Shown here: piece after piece, positions 25,401 through 36,921 of the stretch
How the letters are laid out: every line of letters begins with the position of its first letter
Numbering within the stretch: the stretch's first letter is position 1
IMG/VR virus record: IMGVR_UViG_3300022661_000003
Length of the DNA: 64,000 nt
From: a virus
Reading direction: 5' to 3' (one strand)
Made by a program: the position numbers and the translations under genes
The notes under the pieces: model-generated
Told to the model about the DNA's origin: nothing
What the model saw: only the letters and a program-made list of their open reading frames with translations
Database searches by the model: none

Positions 25401-28400
25401 ATTTACCGATGGAAAAGTATATTATTCTGAACCTAACTTAGAATCCACTAAAATTGAATTCACTCAAGCTACAGAAGAAGACCGCGAAAAGGCATTTGGT
25501 AAGCAAGCTGCTATTGGCCCAATGTATGAATATAAGAGCGCAGAAGAAGGCGTTACTTGTGTTCAATGTTGGGAGTTCTTAAATAATACTAGTCCATTAG
25601 TTGGATTTAGAGAATATTGGGATGAAGAAGTAGATAAAGTTGAAATAACTCATAAAGATGATACCGGAAAAACTGTAGTAGATCATGCTCCTTATGCTGA
25701 CTGGACAGGCGCTTTTGAATCTCGTTATCCAGAACATGAAGAGGAAGCTTCAACTGATAAACGTACTTTAGCAAGAATGTTAAACTGGGTTGCATCTACT
25801 AATAGACATCCTGACGTTGTAGCAAAAGAATTAGCAGAACAGGGAAAAGATACTTCTCCTGAAGCTATTAAAGCAGAACAAGAAGCCAGATTAAATAAAT
25901 TTAATTTAGAATTTGCTGAATATTTTGTTCCAGATTTTGTTGCTTTCTATTATGTCATTACAGAGTTTCTTCTTATGATTGACTCTCGTGCTAAGAACAT
26001 GATGATGGCATGTTTTGATGCCGATCCAGAAAATAATACTGGACATTGGATGCCTATTTTCTATGATATGGACACAATGCTTGGTGTTGATAACTCTGGT
26101 AACTTACGTTTCCCATATAGCCAAGAGGATAATCAACTTGATACTTTTAATGCCGCAGGTACTTATGATGCTACTCAATATAGTGTATTGTGGTGTAATT
26201 ATCGAGATGCTCGTTTTGGCGATATTAAAGCTATGTATCAAAAATTACGCAAAGGTGGAGTATTTAATTATAATCGTCTTTTAAGAGCTTATAACGCTGA
26301 TCAAGCAGACGCTTGGCAAGAAGTTTATATTAACGAAGACGCCGATTATAAATACATTGATCCTCTTGTTAGCGGATATGAAGTTTGGTTCGATCCAGAA
26401 GGCAATATTATTACTGCTGAAGAAGCAGCAAAAATTGAAGGCGCTAAGAAGAAGAGTGCTGCAAACTATTTATATGCCGCTCAAGGTACTCGTTCGCAGC
26501 ATCGTAATTATTGGTTAGAAAAGCGCTTTAATTATTTAGATTCTAAATATAATTATTCTCAAGAGGTATTAGGCTCTTCTGCAGGTTCTGGTTTGAACTT
26601 CCGTTTGAATTCTGACCTAGCACAAGGCGCAGGTAAGCCCAAGTTCTCTGGTGACTTTGATTTCATTTCATTAGCAGACCAATATGTAACTGTTGACTAT
26701 GCTCAAGGAAATATTGTTGGTCCTGTTCGAATTTATGCAAATCAGCCTTATCATGTTGATAGTCCTTTTGAGACATCGACTGACCAAGAAATGTATATCT
26801 ATGGTCTTGATGATATTGTTGAACTGGGTGACCTTTCTACCAAATACTTTAATAAGTTCCAGTTAAATAAGGCAACAAAATTACGTAAATTAATTCTTGG
26901 TTCTCACGAAGGTAATTTCAGTAATCCGAACCTTGGTACGGCAAATATTTTTAATATTGGTGAGAAGGGAGCAAATGTTCCATTCCTAGAGGAAATTAAT
27001 ATTGAAAATTGTTCCGGTATTAAAGATGCTTTGGATTTGTCTGCTTGTCCTTATTTACAAAAAGTATATGCAAAAGGCTCAGCAATTACTACTGTAAATT
27101 TCTATCCCGGTGGAAACTTATAGCACATAGAATTGCCATCTTCCACTACTGCTCTCTCCTTGAACGGCCAATTGTTCTTTAATACTAAAGATCATCCTGA
27201 AAATTTGAGCATTGAGAGCTATCGTAGATTAGCAAAAATGCATATTACTAATTGTCCTCTTGTTGATTCTAAGACTTTGTTTAAGAATACTATTTATACT
27301 GCTAGTTCAGGTAATGATGTTAGCTCTCTTTTAAATATTCGCTTAGATGATTTAGATTGGACTTTTGACGTAGATGAATGCGTATTTAAAGATAATGTTT
27401 TAACTAATATTCCACTATTAGATATTTTGGTCACTTTAAATGGTCTAAATACTGCAGGTAACAATATTACAAGAGCAGATATGAATAATGACTATTTGGC
27501 AGGAACTATCACTATTCTTAATGGCAATAATTATGGTATTAATGAATTGACACTATATGAAAAGTATAGTATTTTATTCCCTAATTTACAATTTAAGTAT
27601 ACAGAAAATAATTATTGTACAAAAGCCTATTCTATTAATATTAATAATGCTCAATCACAAATTCTTTATTCTTATTCAAAGAAAATTAAAGCTACTGATA
27701 TTGCTACATATAGTGAGAATTTAGAATCTTGGTTCACTCCAGTTGTTTTAGAGTATAATGAGATTGTAGATGAAGTAACAGGTGAAGTTTCTCGTGTTCC
27801 AAAAAATTATGACGAAACAAATCATTTGCCTCCTCTTGTAAAACAATCTACAGCACAGTATATTTATGATTTCCGTGGCTGGGGATTAGAGAAGCCATTA
27901 GATTTCTCTGAACGTGATTATACTTCTGACGAGAGAGAACAAGCTATTGCAGATTCTCTCGCAATTAAAGTATCTTATACTATTGATGAAGATAATAATT
28001 ATACCTATACCGCAGAAAAAGTTAATGGTTTTGAATTGAACATAGATGCATTTGGTACTGACCAAGAAATTAATTTTTATCCAGTTTACGCCGCAGATTT
28101 GAACACTCATATTGTTCGTTTCTACGATGGTATAAATAGTGAGCCATTAAAGGTTGAGCGTGTAAAATATGGTTAGTCAGCGACTCCTCCTCAGAATCCG
28201 CAGAAACTTGAATTGCCCGAAAACGATAAGACAGTTGCTTACTCTTATCCTTTTATTGGTTATAATCTTCCTTACGACAATATTGTTATGGAGCTTAATA
28301 CCATCGCCCAATATGGTACAAAGAAACCTTTATCCAAAATGACAGGCGATGAAATTAGTCGAGATTACTTCAAACCTGCGAGTGTTAGTGAAGGTGTAGA

Positions 28401-29405
28401 TTATCTTACCAGTGATGAAATCGCTATTGGTATTAAACCTGACTTTGCAGACGAGGCTATTATTATTCCTTCTACTTATGACGGAAAACCTGTTGGTCTA
28501 GTTAGAGTAGAGTATGGCGACTAGCAACCTAAGAACTTACGTCGTATTTTCTTCGAAGAAGGAAATACAATTAAGGTTATCGGCAATAATTTTATGGCAG
28601 AAAACAAGAATATTGAATTCTGTGATTTGTCTGCTCTTGGCTCATTATCACTTATCGGTATTCAAGCTTTTATGAATTGTTTTAATTTAACATTTAAGTC
28701 ACTGCCGAATAGCGTTACAAAAATTGACACTAATGCTTTTGCTTATTGCTCTTCAATTAATTTTTCTGCTTTACCTGATAAGTTAGAATCATTAGGTCCT
28801 AATGCATTTAGGTCTTGTGAATCTTTAGGAGAAATTACAATTAATAATACTTAGCTCACACAAATCCCTGATTACGCTTTTGAACGTTGTACTAATCTTA
28901 AGATCAAGGGCGAAACTATCAATTGTTTAGTTACTACAATTGGTTAGTATTCATTTGATTATTGTAGTAATTTAGTTTTGAATTTTGATATTGATTCTAC
29001 TAATAGACTATCTACAATTAAAGATTTTGGCTTCGGTCATACTCCAATGTTAAATATCAATAATTTCCCAAGCAATCTTACTTCTATCGGCACTTCAGGT
29101 ATGAGTTCTGTAAATGGTGCTGGAGGCTTGTTGACAGCTAATGTAATTCCTAAGACTGTTACCTCAATCGGTGGTGGCGCATTTATGTTTAGAAAATTGG
29201 CAGATGAAAATCTTGGTATCCTTATTATCGAAAATCCAAATATTATTTTAGCAGATAGTGCTTTCTCATATTTGTCAGGGGTAAAGGAAATTTGGGTTCC
29301 AAAATCTGTTGATTTAAATAGTGCTCCTTGGAATTCTGAAACTTGTTTTGGATGTACTCAATCCTCTCCTGGTGTTATTATAAAACACAATCCTAATGGC
29401 TAATG
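22408..29405 (+). CDS. Giant mosaic receptor-binding protein (~2330 aa): fibre N-terminal domain, TAG-free CotH-like core (24685-27123), then BspA-type leucine-rich repeats; TAG recoded
   Basis: Track ORFs 22522, 23554, 24265, 24685, 27133, 28213, 28594, 28978 are all in frame 1. No TAA or TGA occurs in that frame until TAA at ~29403. The RBS AAAAAGGAGGACTCTAA precedes the ATG. A CotH-like motif SRAKNMMMACFDADPENNTGHWMPIFYDMDTMLGVDNSGNL is present. C-terminal repeats have the BspA-LRR pattern (IPKTVTSIGGGAF, NAFAYCSSIN). Confidence 0.55.
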
Positions 29406-29418
29406 AAGAGGTATTATT

Positions 29419-29625
29419 ATGAAAAAAGTTATATTATATCAATATGTAAATGATAACAATGAAGTGGTAGTAACTACTGAGCCGATGTCAGAAACATCGG
29501 CTCAGATCTTCTATCTTTTAACTGCGGACGAAGGTTATTATTTATATAATAAAAAATTACATCATAAAAGGAAGTCTACAATTACTTCCGATTATCTTGC
29601 AGATAATTGGGAAGAATTAAAATAG
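29419..29625 (+). CDS. Hypothetical small protein (68 aa)
   Basis: Intact track ORF with a GAAGAGG RBS. Confidence 0.45.
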   Translation: MKKVILYQYVNDNNEVVVTTEPMSETSAQIFYLLTADEGYYLYNKKLHHKRKSTITSDYLADNWEELK

Positions 29626-29642
29626 AAAGAAGGAAATGAGTA

Positions 29643-30992
29643 ATGGCTATTATAGCTTCTGAACATGTATTAGGTCTTGCGATGGGCCAAGAGGCGAAAT
29701 TAACTACGCCTGGCACTACGGGTTATTTAACCCCCAAGGCTGGTATGATGTACATTACAACAGATACTCATAAATTATTTGTTGATACTGTTGATGGTAC
29801 TCGTATTGCGATTAAATCTCCTGAAGCTGCGAAAGTAACTAATGCTTTTACTATTAAGGTTGGAGGCACTGCTTTAGGATCTGCCTTTAATGGTTCTGCT
29901 GCTAAAACAGTTAATTTTGTTGCTGGTACAAACATGCAGCTTGTTCCATCTAATAATAATACAATTACAATTAATAATACTTTGTCTATTCCAACCTCTT
30001 TGAAAAATCCTTATGCTTTAACATGGGGAAATAAATCTTATGATGGTTCTGCTGCGAAAGAAATTACTTTAGAAGATTTCGGTATTACCAATGTTCTTCA
30101 CTTCTTGGGAACTACTACTGATACTAATGTTGTAGACAACGGTACCACCAAGACTATTACTATTGGTGGCGCTTCTGTTACTGCAGTTTCTGGTGATATC
30201 GTAATTAGAGACAATGTTGAATATATCTGGACGGGAACCGCTTGGGAAAAGCTTGGAGACGAAAATCTTTGGGTTCCAAATACTCGCACTGTTAGTGCTG
30301 GTTCTGGATTAACTGGTGGCGGAGCATTATCTGGCAATCTTACTATTTCTCACGCTACTTATAATTGCACCCATCCAACCAGTGGCGATTTTGTGTCAAG
30401 TATTGCTGAAACCAATGGTCATGTTACAGGATATACCAAGACTAGCTGGTCTAGCGTAAGAAAAACTTTAGCTTTAAAAATTAATGGCACTGCTCAAACT
30501 ACTTATGATCCATTTGGCTCAGCAAATCAAAGCTTTAATGTTCCTGTAATGACTGCAGGAGATTCTTCCAAGGCAAGTACAATTGGTTTAGTTCCAGCCG
30601 CAGCTGCAGGAGCGACTACTCGTTTCTTATGCGCCGATGCTACTTGGCACTCTCTTGTAGCGGGTACCGGTATTAGTGTTAATGGATTAACTATTAGTAA
30701 TGCTGGCGTACGTAGTATCACTAAAAAGTCTAATGGTGTACTTACAATTGCTACTGGAGAGGCTTCTGGTGATATTACAGTTTATAGCTTACCAGCAGCA
30801 ACTACTAGCGCTCTTGGTGGTGTAAAAGTTGGTAACAATATTTCTGTAGATAGTGGTGTAATCAGCCTTACCGCAAATAATGTGAAAAATGCATTGGGTG
30901 TTGCTACAGCTAGCGCAGATGGTTATTTACAAAAAACTGATTTTGCTCTATTCACAGAAGCTCATGATTCTATTGTTTGGGGTACTTTCTAA
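29643..30992 (+). CDS. Tail fibre-like protein (449 aa), TAG-free
   Basis: Intact track ORF. N-terminal MYITTDTHKLFVDTVDG fibre motif. Gly/Thr/Ser-rich beta-repeat body. Followed by a terminator. Confidence 0.6.
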   Translation: MAIIASEHVLGLAMGQEAKLTTPGTTGYLTPKAGMMYITTDTHKLFVDTVDGTRIAIKSPEAAKVTNAFTIKVGGTALGSAFNGSAAKTVNFVAGTNMQLVPSNNNTITINNTLSIPTSLKNPYALTWGNKSYDGSAAKEITLEDFGITNVLHFLGTTTDTNVVDNGTTKTITIGGASVTAVSGDIVIRDNVEYIWTGTAWEKLGDENLWVPNTRTVSAGSGLTGGGALSGNLTISHATYNCTHPTSGDFVSSIAETNGHVTGYTKTSWSSVRKTLALKINGTAQTTYDPFGSANQSFNVPVMTAGDSSKASTIGLVPAAAAGATTRFLCADATWHSLVAGTGISVNGLTISNAGVRSITKKSNGVLTIATGEASGDITVYSLPAATTSALGGVKVGNNISVDSGVISLTANNVKNALGVATASADGYLQKTDFALFTEAHDSIVWGTF

Positions 30993-31045
30993 TTGGTCCG
31001 TCTAAATTAAATAATCTAAATTGCTTTCTATATTATTTAGAGCAT

Positions 31046-31085
31046 CGGGAGGAGTCTATTTCTGGGCTCCTCCCATTTTTTTATT
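31046..31085 (+). terminator. Rho-independent terminator
   Basis: GGGAGGAG...CTCCTCCC hairpin then TTTTTTTATT. Confidence 0.75.
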
Positions 31086-31351
31086 ATAAAGGAGATTTGA
31101 TTATGCCAAACATTATTTTTGAGAATGGCGGTCATTTAAGAACGACTCAATGTTCTGCAGATGAAGTATATGGTATTGAATCTCTTCAAATTTACATTCC
31201 TACTATTTATAATAATTCTCAAATTTTCCTTATGCTCAAGAATAAGTAGAATTTATATGAAATAGTAGAATTAGTAAAAAGCAAAAGAGAAAAAAACCAT
31301 ATCATTTGTAAGATTGCCGCAGGTTAGAATTTTAGAGTTTCTAATGATTTA

Positions 31352-31570
31352 ATGACTTTGGCAATCTTAATTCTTGATCCAGTAAAAAATATATTTGAAT
31401 TTAGTAAGGAAATTGAAATTAATCTTACAACTGATAAATATATTATGGCGCGGCAAATTCAATTAGCGGCGCAATTAGGATCACAAGTTTAGGCTTATTA
31501 TCAAAAGATAGTAGAGCTTACTGAAGAAAATAAAAAAATATATGAATAGATGAAAGGGGTACATATATAA
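31352..31570 (+). CDS. Small hypothetical protein (~72 aa, 2 TAG)
   Basis: Frame-2 ORF ending in TAA overlapping the ATG of the 31570 gene (TAATG). Confidence 0.3.
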
Positions 31571-33270
31571 TGATAGTAAGAGTTCCTTCTTATACTGAAG
31601 ATGCTATCTTGCATGGTGAATATCAAAAATTATTTGCCGCAGCAGAAAAGAAAACAGACCCAGGTACAACTATTACTAGTTTACCAGAATATTTTAATGC
31701 CCTTCAAAAAGATGCCAATTTGCGTGGTATTGGACGTTTTGCTCGTATTCCTCTTGATGAAGATTTATTTTTAGTAAATTTAAATGATCGTTCTATTACT
31801 GTTCCTCCACATTTCCAAAAATATGGTGTTGCAGTTAATGGAGATCATCTTGCTGAATTCTTATTCTTCCGTGTTGATAGATATTTTGATCAAATGGATT
31901 TATCTGAATGTGAATGTCGTATTGAATGGATGACTGCAGGAAATAAACCATTGGCGGCTTATACACCAGCACATGCTATTGATTTAGTGTTTGAAGCTCC
32001 AATTGATCCTTCCATTAATCCCAAGCCTACTCATGGCGATATTATTTATGCTGATGATAGTGAAAATGAAGAAGACCGTGAAAATGGAGATAGAAGTGCA
32101 ATTATTTTTGGATGGCCTTTAGATAATCAATTTACTTCTGAAGTTGGCGATGCTAAATTTGCAATTCGTTTTGTTTAGTATGATGTCAATGAAAAAGATG
32201 GAACTAAAGAAATTGTTTTCAATCTTTTAACTTCTCCTGCTACTGTGAAAATTCTTCCAAAACTTCCTATTGATTCTGAAATGCTAGAAATGGTAGATTA
32301 TAGTGCTACTTTGGCTTCTCGTCCTGTATATTCTGGTTTAATTAATAGCACTGGTCTTAAACCTGTTATTACTTCTTATAGCTGGGCTGAAAAAGCTTAT
32401 GAAAATTTGGAAGAAAATGGTCAAGTAACATTAAGTGTTACGGCGACTGACCCAGATCCTTCTAAACATCCTTTAACTTATCAGTGGTTTAAAGATTCAA
32501 AATCACTTTCAGGAGAGACACAATCTTCATATGTTGCCACTGAGGCTGGATTGTATCATGTTGTTGTTATGAATGCCGTAGAGGATGAAGAAGGCAATCA
32601 AATCAGTACGACTAGTATTGCTACTAATCCTTGTTTAATTCCTAGTGCAGGCAAAATTGCTATTGATTATGAAGGTTATCCATTACAGCTATTTTCTAGC
32701 GGTGAATATGCAACTTCTGAAATTAAAGTTAAATTTGTTCCTGCTCTTGAGGCAGATCATAATCTTGGAAAGATTAATTATTCTTGGGCCGAAGATGGTA
32801 TTGAGATAAATACTGGTGCAGTTGAAAAAGCAGGAGATTTCTATTGGGAAGTTCCATTGACAATTGAAAATATGGCTCATGGTAATTTTGTTTTAAATGC
32901 TACTCATGTATTAAATAAAACAGAATCTGCTACGGTAGAGAGTAAAATGATTGAAATTCGTCCTGCCGCACAACAACCAGAAGAAGTTGTAATTAGTGCA
33001 AATGAAGACCGTTCTATTTTTGAATGTTCTTGCGTTGTACCTGGCAATGATGATTTACAGTATACTTGGTCTTATACTAAATCTGAAGGTACTTTGATTT
33101 CTATTTCTTCCGGTTGGGGAAATGAAAAAACTATTTCTATAGAAGCTATTGAAGCAAAACTTGGACGTGAAATAAAAGCTAAAGAAGCTTTACATGTTGC
33201 AGTGCGTCAAATTCGTTTTAATAATGAAGCAAATGCAAGTACAACTGCTAGCGCCAGTTTTAATCTTTAA
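31570..33270 (+). CDS. Structural protein (~566 aa, one TAG); N-terminal domain paralogous to the 33300 gene
   Basis: Track ORFs 31570 and 32245 are both in frame 1, joined by TAG at 32176. Contains Ig-like repeat segments. Confidence 0.55.
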
Positions 33271-33299
33271 GATTAGTTTCATAAAACAGGAGGTATAAT

Positions 33300-33926
33300 A
33301 TGAGTTATTATCTCGCTAATTCTTATTATAATGCTCTGTTGGATATATAGAATAATTCAGGTACATAGCTTTTAAAGTTTGATTTAACAGACGAAGAAGA
33401 TATGATAAAACCTCTTATTGAAATTGATCTAAATAAACGCTTAATTATTTTACCTCCTGAATATGATCCTGAGCAAGGTGGTTTTTTAAGCCTAGAAAGT
33501 GATCATTTAGCAGAGTATTTATATTTTGTAGTAGATCGTTATTACGAAGATATGGATTTATTTCAAACTGCTATTGTGGTAGAATATATTAATGCTGCAG
33601 ATAAGCCGGAATCTCGAATATTTCCGGTCATGTTAAAAGATATTACTACTATGCCAGGCAAAATTATTTTTGCCTGGCATATCGGCAATGAAGCTACAAA
33701 AGCGGCTGGCATGATTAAATTTGCAGTACGTTTTTATTTAGTTCATCCGACAGAGGCTAAATTTGAATATAATTTAAATATTTAGTCTTCACAGAGTGAA
33801 ATTAAAAAAAGTTTAGGGCATATAGACTGGGAAGAAGAATATGCCGATATTTTTGATCCTTCTACTCTTGAGATTATTTTATCTGGTATTGAAATGGCCA
33901 GACATGTATATTGGACAGATGTTTAA
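33300..33926 (+). CDS. Hypothetical protein (~208 aa, 3 TAG), paralogue of the 31570 N-terminal domain
   Basis: GGAGGT RBS. Frame 0 contains track ORF 33402..33785. Shares HLAEYLYFVVDRYYEDMDL / FAVRFY motifs with the 31570 gene. Confidence 0.5.
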
Positions 33927-33953
33927 TTTTTAGAGAAAAAGGAGTTTTTTTAT

Positions 33954-34214
33954 ATGGCTCATAAAATATTGATAGGTAATGATGGAACTTACGGGTCTCC
34001 TGTTACACATTCAGATTTTGTATTTTTTGATGATGGTGAAAGCCTTACTGAAAAAATGGATGTGTATAATATTTATATTAATGATTTAATGTATCCTGTG
34101 GGTCGTATTCTTGAAACCACAGGAAATTTTAATCCAAATGGGCATTATCCTGGTGTGTGGCGTTTATTAGAAAAAAATCATACTGTCATTAGTGCGGGTT
34201 CAATTGCATTATAG
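33954..34214 (+). CDS. Small protein (86 aa), likely N-terminal partner of the collar-domain proteins
   Basis: Intact track ORF with an AAAAGGAG RBS. Confidence 0.45.
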   Translation: MAHKILIGNDGTYGSPVTHSDFVFFDDGESLTEKMDVYNIYINDLMYPVGRILETTGNFNPNGHYPGVWRLLEKNHTVISAGSIAL

Positions 34215-34232
34215 GGGAAGAAAGAAAGTCCT

Positions 34233-35066
34233 ATGGAATTATTTCTTCCTGATGGATCAGTATGGGATTTAATTTATCATCATGAAATTGCAGGTGGATA
34301 TTGGGCATCCACTGCCGATTGCTTAGATTTTGATTTAAATGCTACAAAACAAAAATTTGGAAAAATGAAATATGTAAATAATTATTATAATGCCAATGAT
34401 ACATTAGAATTTTTAATGGTATATAATGTTCCTTATGGAGGCGGAGTCTCTGGTGCAGTAACTAATATGGGGCGTTGGGTACAGCATGCTTCTCCTTTTT
34501 CGGCAGGTAATGCCCATAGGTCCGCGGCATGGGATAAACCTGCTACTGTTGATGGTTATAATGCAACAACCACATTTACGGCGGCAGATGGTACGATTGT
34601 TACAAATACCGATATTAATGCTGGTTTATATGTACCATGGACGGCACATAATTGGACTGGTTTAAGTCTTTCTCGTCCTAGTAATGCATATTTTGCAGGT
34701 AATCACTATGGGACTGGATGGTTTTATGCTATTGGTTCAAAAGCTGCTTATGAAGGTGGTATACCTGCACACATTACGGCAACTGCTTGTACTTTGTATG
34801 TCAGAAAAGATAATGCGGTATTAGCAAATTTAGAAAATGGTGGTTATGAGTATGGTGAAGAGCAACATCTTTTGACAGTAGATGAAATGGCTTATCACGA
34901 TCATCGTTTATATTATACAAAAACTGGTAATTTTACTAATTCGGCATCTGATAATGGGTAGCATTAGGCTCCTGATAATTATTATACTGGTCCTCGTGGT
35001 GGTTCACAAGCTCATAATAATATGTAGCCTTCAATTTATGTAAATTTATGGGAAAGAATATCATAA
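34233..35066 (+). CDS. Phage tail-collar-domain protein (HxH motif), TAG recoded
   Basis: Track ORF 34233..34961 continues through three TAGs to TAA. Carries LTVDEMAYHDHRL and a C-terminal GGSQAHNNM motif typical of Phage_tail_collar proteins. Confidence 0.5.
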
Positions 35067-35080
35067 AGGGGGTATATTAA

Positions 35081-35593
35081 ATGGAGTATGTACCAGTAGT
35101 AGAATTAGAACAAACTGATTTAACAGTTTTACCAGATAGTATTAGCTATTATGAAAATTATATTTTAAAATAGTTAGATGATGTATTATTACAATATACA
35201 AACTCATCTAATTTATTAAATTATCATTATCCAGTAGGCTCTATTATTGAAGTGCTTAAAGCAGATTATGATCCTAATGGACAATTGCCAGGAGTATGGA
35301 CAAGATTTGGAGAAGGCCGTACTATGATTAGCACTGGTGGAGATAATTCATTATTAGAAACTTCTATTGGAACTTTTAAGCATTTATTAACTATAGATCA
35401 AATACCTTCTCATACTCATAGATTAGGATGGAATAATGAAGAATCTCGTTAGCGTCGTGCTTCTTCTTGGACTGAAATTTGCTAGGGTTCAGGCTATAAT
35501 GAAAGTTATATTACTATGTCTACTGGTGGAGGCGCAGCGCATAATAATGTTTAGCCGTACATTGTAACATTTAGTTGGAAGAGGGTGTCTTAA
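35081..35593 (+). CDS. Phage tail-collar-domain protein paralogue
   Basis: Frame 2 with track ORF 35252..35452. Carries LTIDQIPSHTHRL and GGGAAHNNV. The TAA overlaps the next ATG. Confidence 0.5.
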
Positions 35594-36162
35594 TGGCCAC
35601 CGTAAAAAATTATATTTTAAATGTTAATGATCAAAAAGTATATCCTAAAATTAAAGCGTCTCAAGTTTATATTCCTAGTTTAAATATGTCTTTAGAAGAG
35701 TATTATGGCAATGAGACTTTAACATTTTAGGACTATATTGATTTAATTTTGCCTATTGGTTTTATTTATAAAACTACTCGAGAAATTGATTTAAATAATT
35801 TTAATTTTGATAATTAGTCAGTGCATTGGTTTTGGGAACAATTGGAAGCAGGACATATTTTAGTTGGAGAGGGTTCTTATACTGATAGTAACAGCGAAAC
35901 AGCGACTTTTTATCCTCTTGGTACTGAAACTGAAAATGCACTAACAGGTGAATGGCGTCATACATTAACCGTAGATGAAATTCCTTCTCATAATCATGGT
36001 TTGCCTAAAGATGGTTCTGATGATGGAGAAAATTATTATGACGTAGGAGATTCTCGGACTTCAGCAGTATCAGCTTTTTATACAGGAGGTACTGGTGGTT
36101 CCACCCCTCATAATAATATGATGCCAGCAAAAACAGTTTATATGTATCGAAGGGTGGTATAA
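35593..36162 (+). CDS. Phage tail-collar-domain protein paralogue
   Basis: Frame 1 with track ORF 35821..36162. Carries LTVDEIPSHNHGL and GGSTPHNNMMPAKTVYMY. Confidence 0.5.
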
Positions 36163-36377
36163 CATATGGCAGCAAGTACAATCACACAAGATGAATTGCA
36201 AAAATTTTGGAATGCTTTTAAATTAGAATTGGAAGCTTCTGCCCTAAAACCTTATGATACAATTTTATTTAAAGATTAGGGTAATAATGCAATTCATAGT
36301 ATGTAGTTTATTGATGGAGTAGTTACTTCTCAAGAGCAAACTACAAATTAAAATAATGGTAGAAAAGAGGCTTCAAT

Positions 36378-36908
36378 ATGGTTTTAAATCAAGATGGTTT
36401 AAGATTATTGTGGCAAATAATTTAGGCTGAAATTGATAAATCTAAAAATTCTTCTATTGTAGACGGAATTTATTTTAGAGATCAAGAAAATGGATATACA
36501 TATTTATTAGAATTTATCAATGGAAATTTAGTATCTAGTGGTAAAGCAGTTTCTATTTATGTGACTTTAACCATACCTAGCGATGTTTTATTTATCAAGG
36601 GAGAAATAGTGGATCCATCTTATTATTAGATTATTGCTCGTTGTGAAGATGGAAGTGAAAAAATTCTTAAAGGATGTGATATAAGTACAATTCAAAGTAA
36701 TGGTACTGTTTCAGTCTCTTATGAAGAAATGGGTACAATTTATACTGATACCATTAATCTTTCATCTTATAATTTTGTGGATAGTATTACTACCGCTTTA
36801 AAAGATTTTACTTATAATACTAATGCAGATGGTACATATACATTAAAAGATTACATAGGAACAAGTACGACCTTGACAATTCCAAATAATTATGCTATAA
36901 TTTTATAA
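36378..36908 (+). CDS. Hypothetical structural protein (~176 aa, 2 TAG)
   Basis: AAAAGAGG RBS then ATG. Frame 0 ends at TAA ~36906. Confidence 0.4.
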
Positions 36909-36921
36909 AGGAGGGTAAAAA

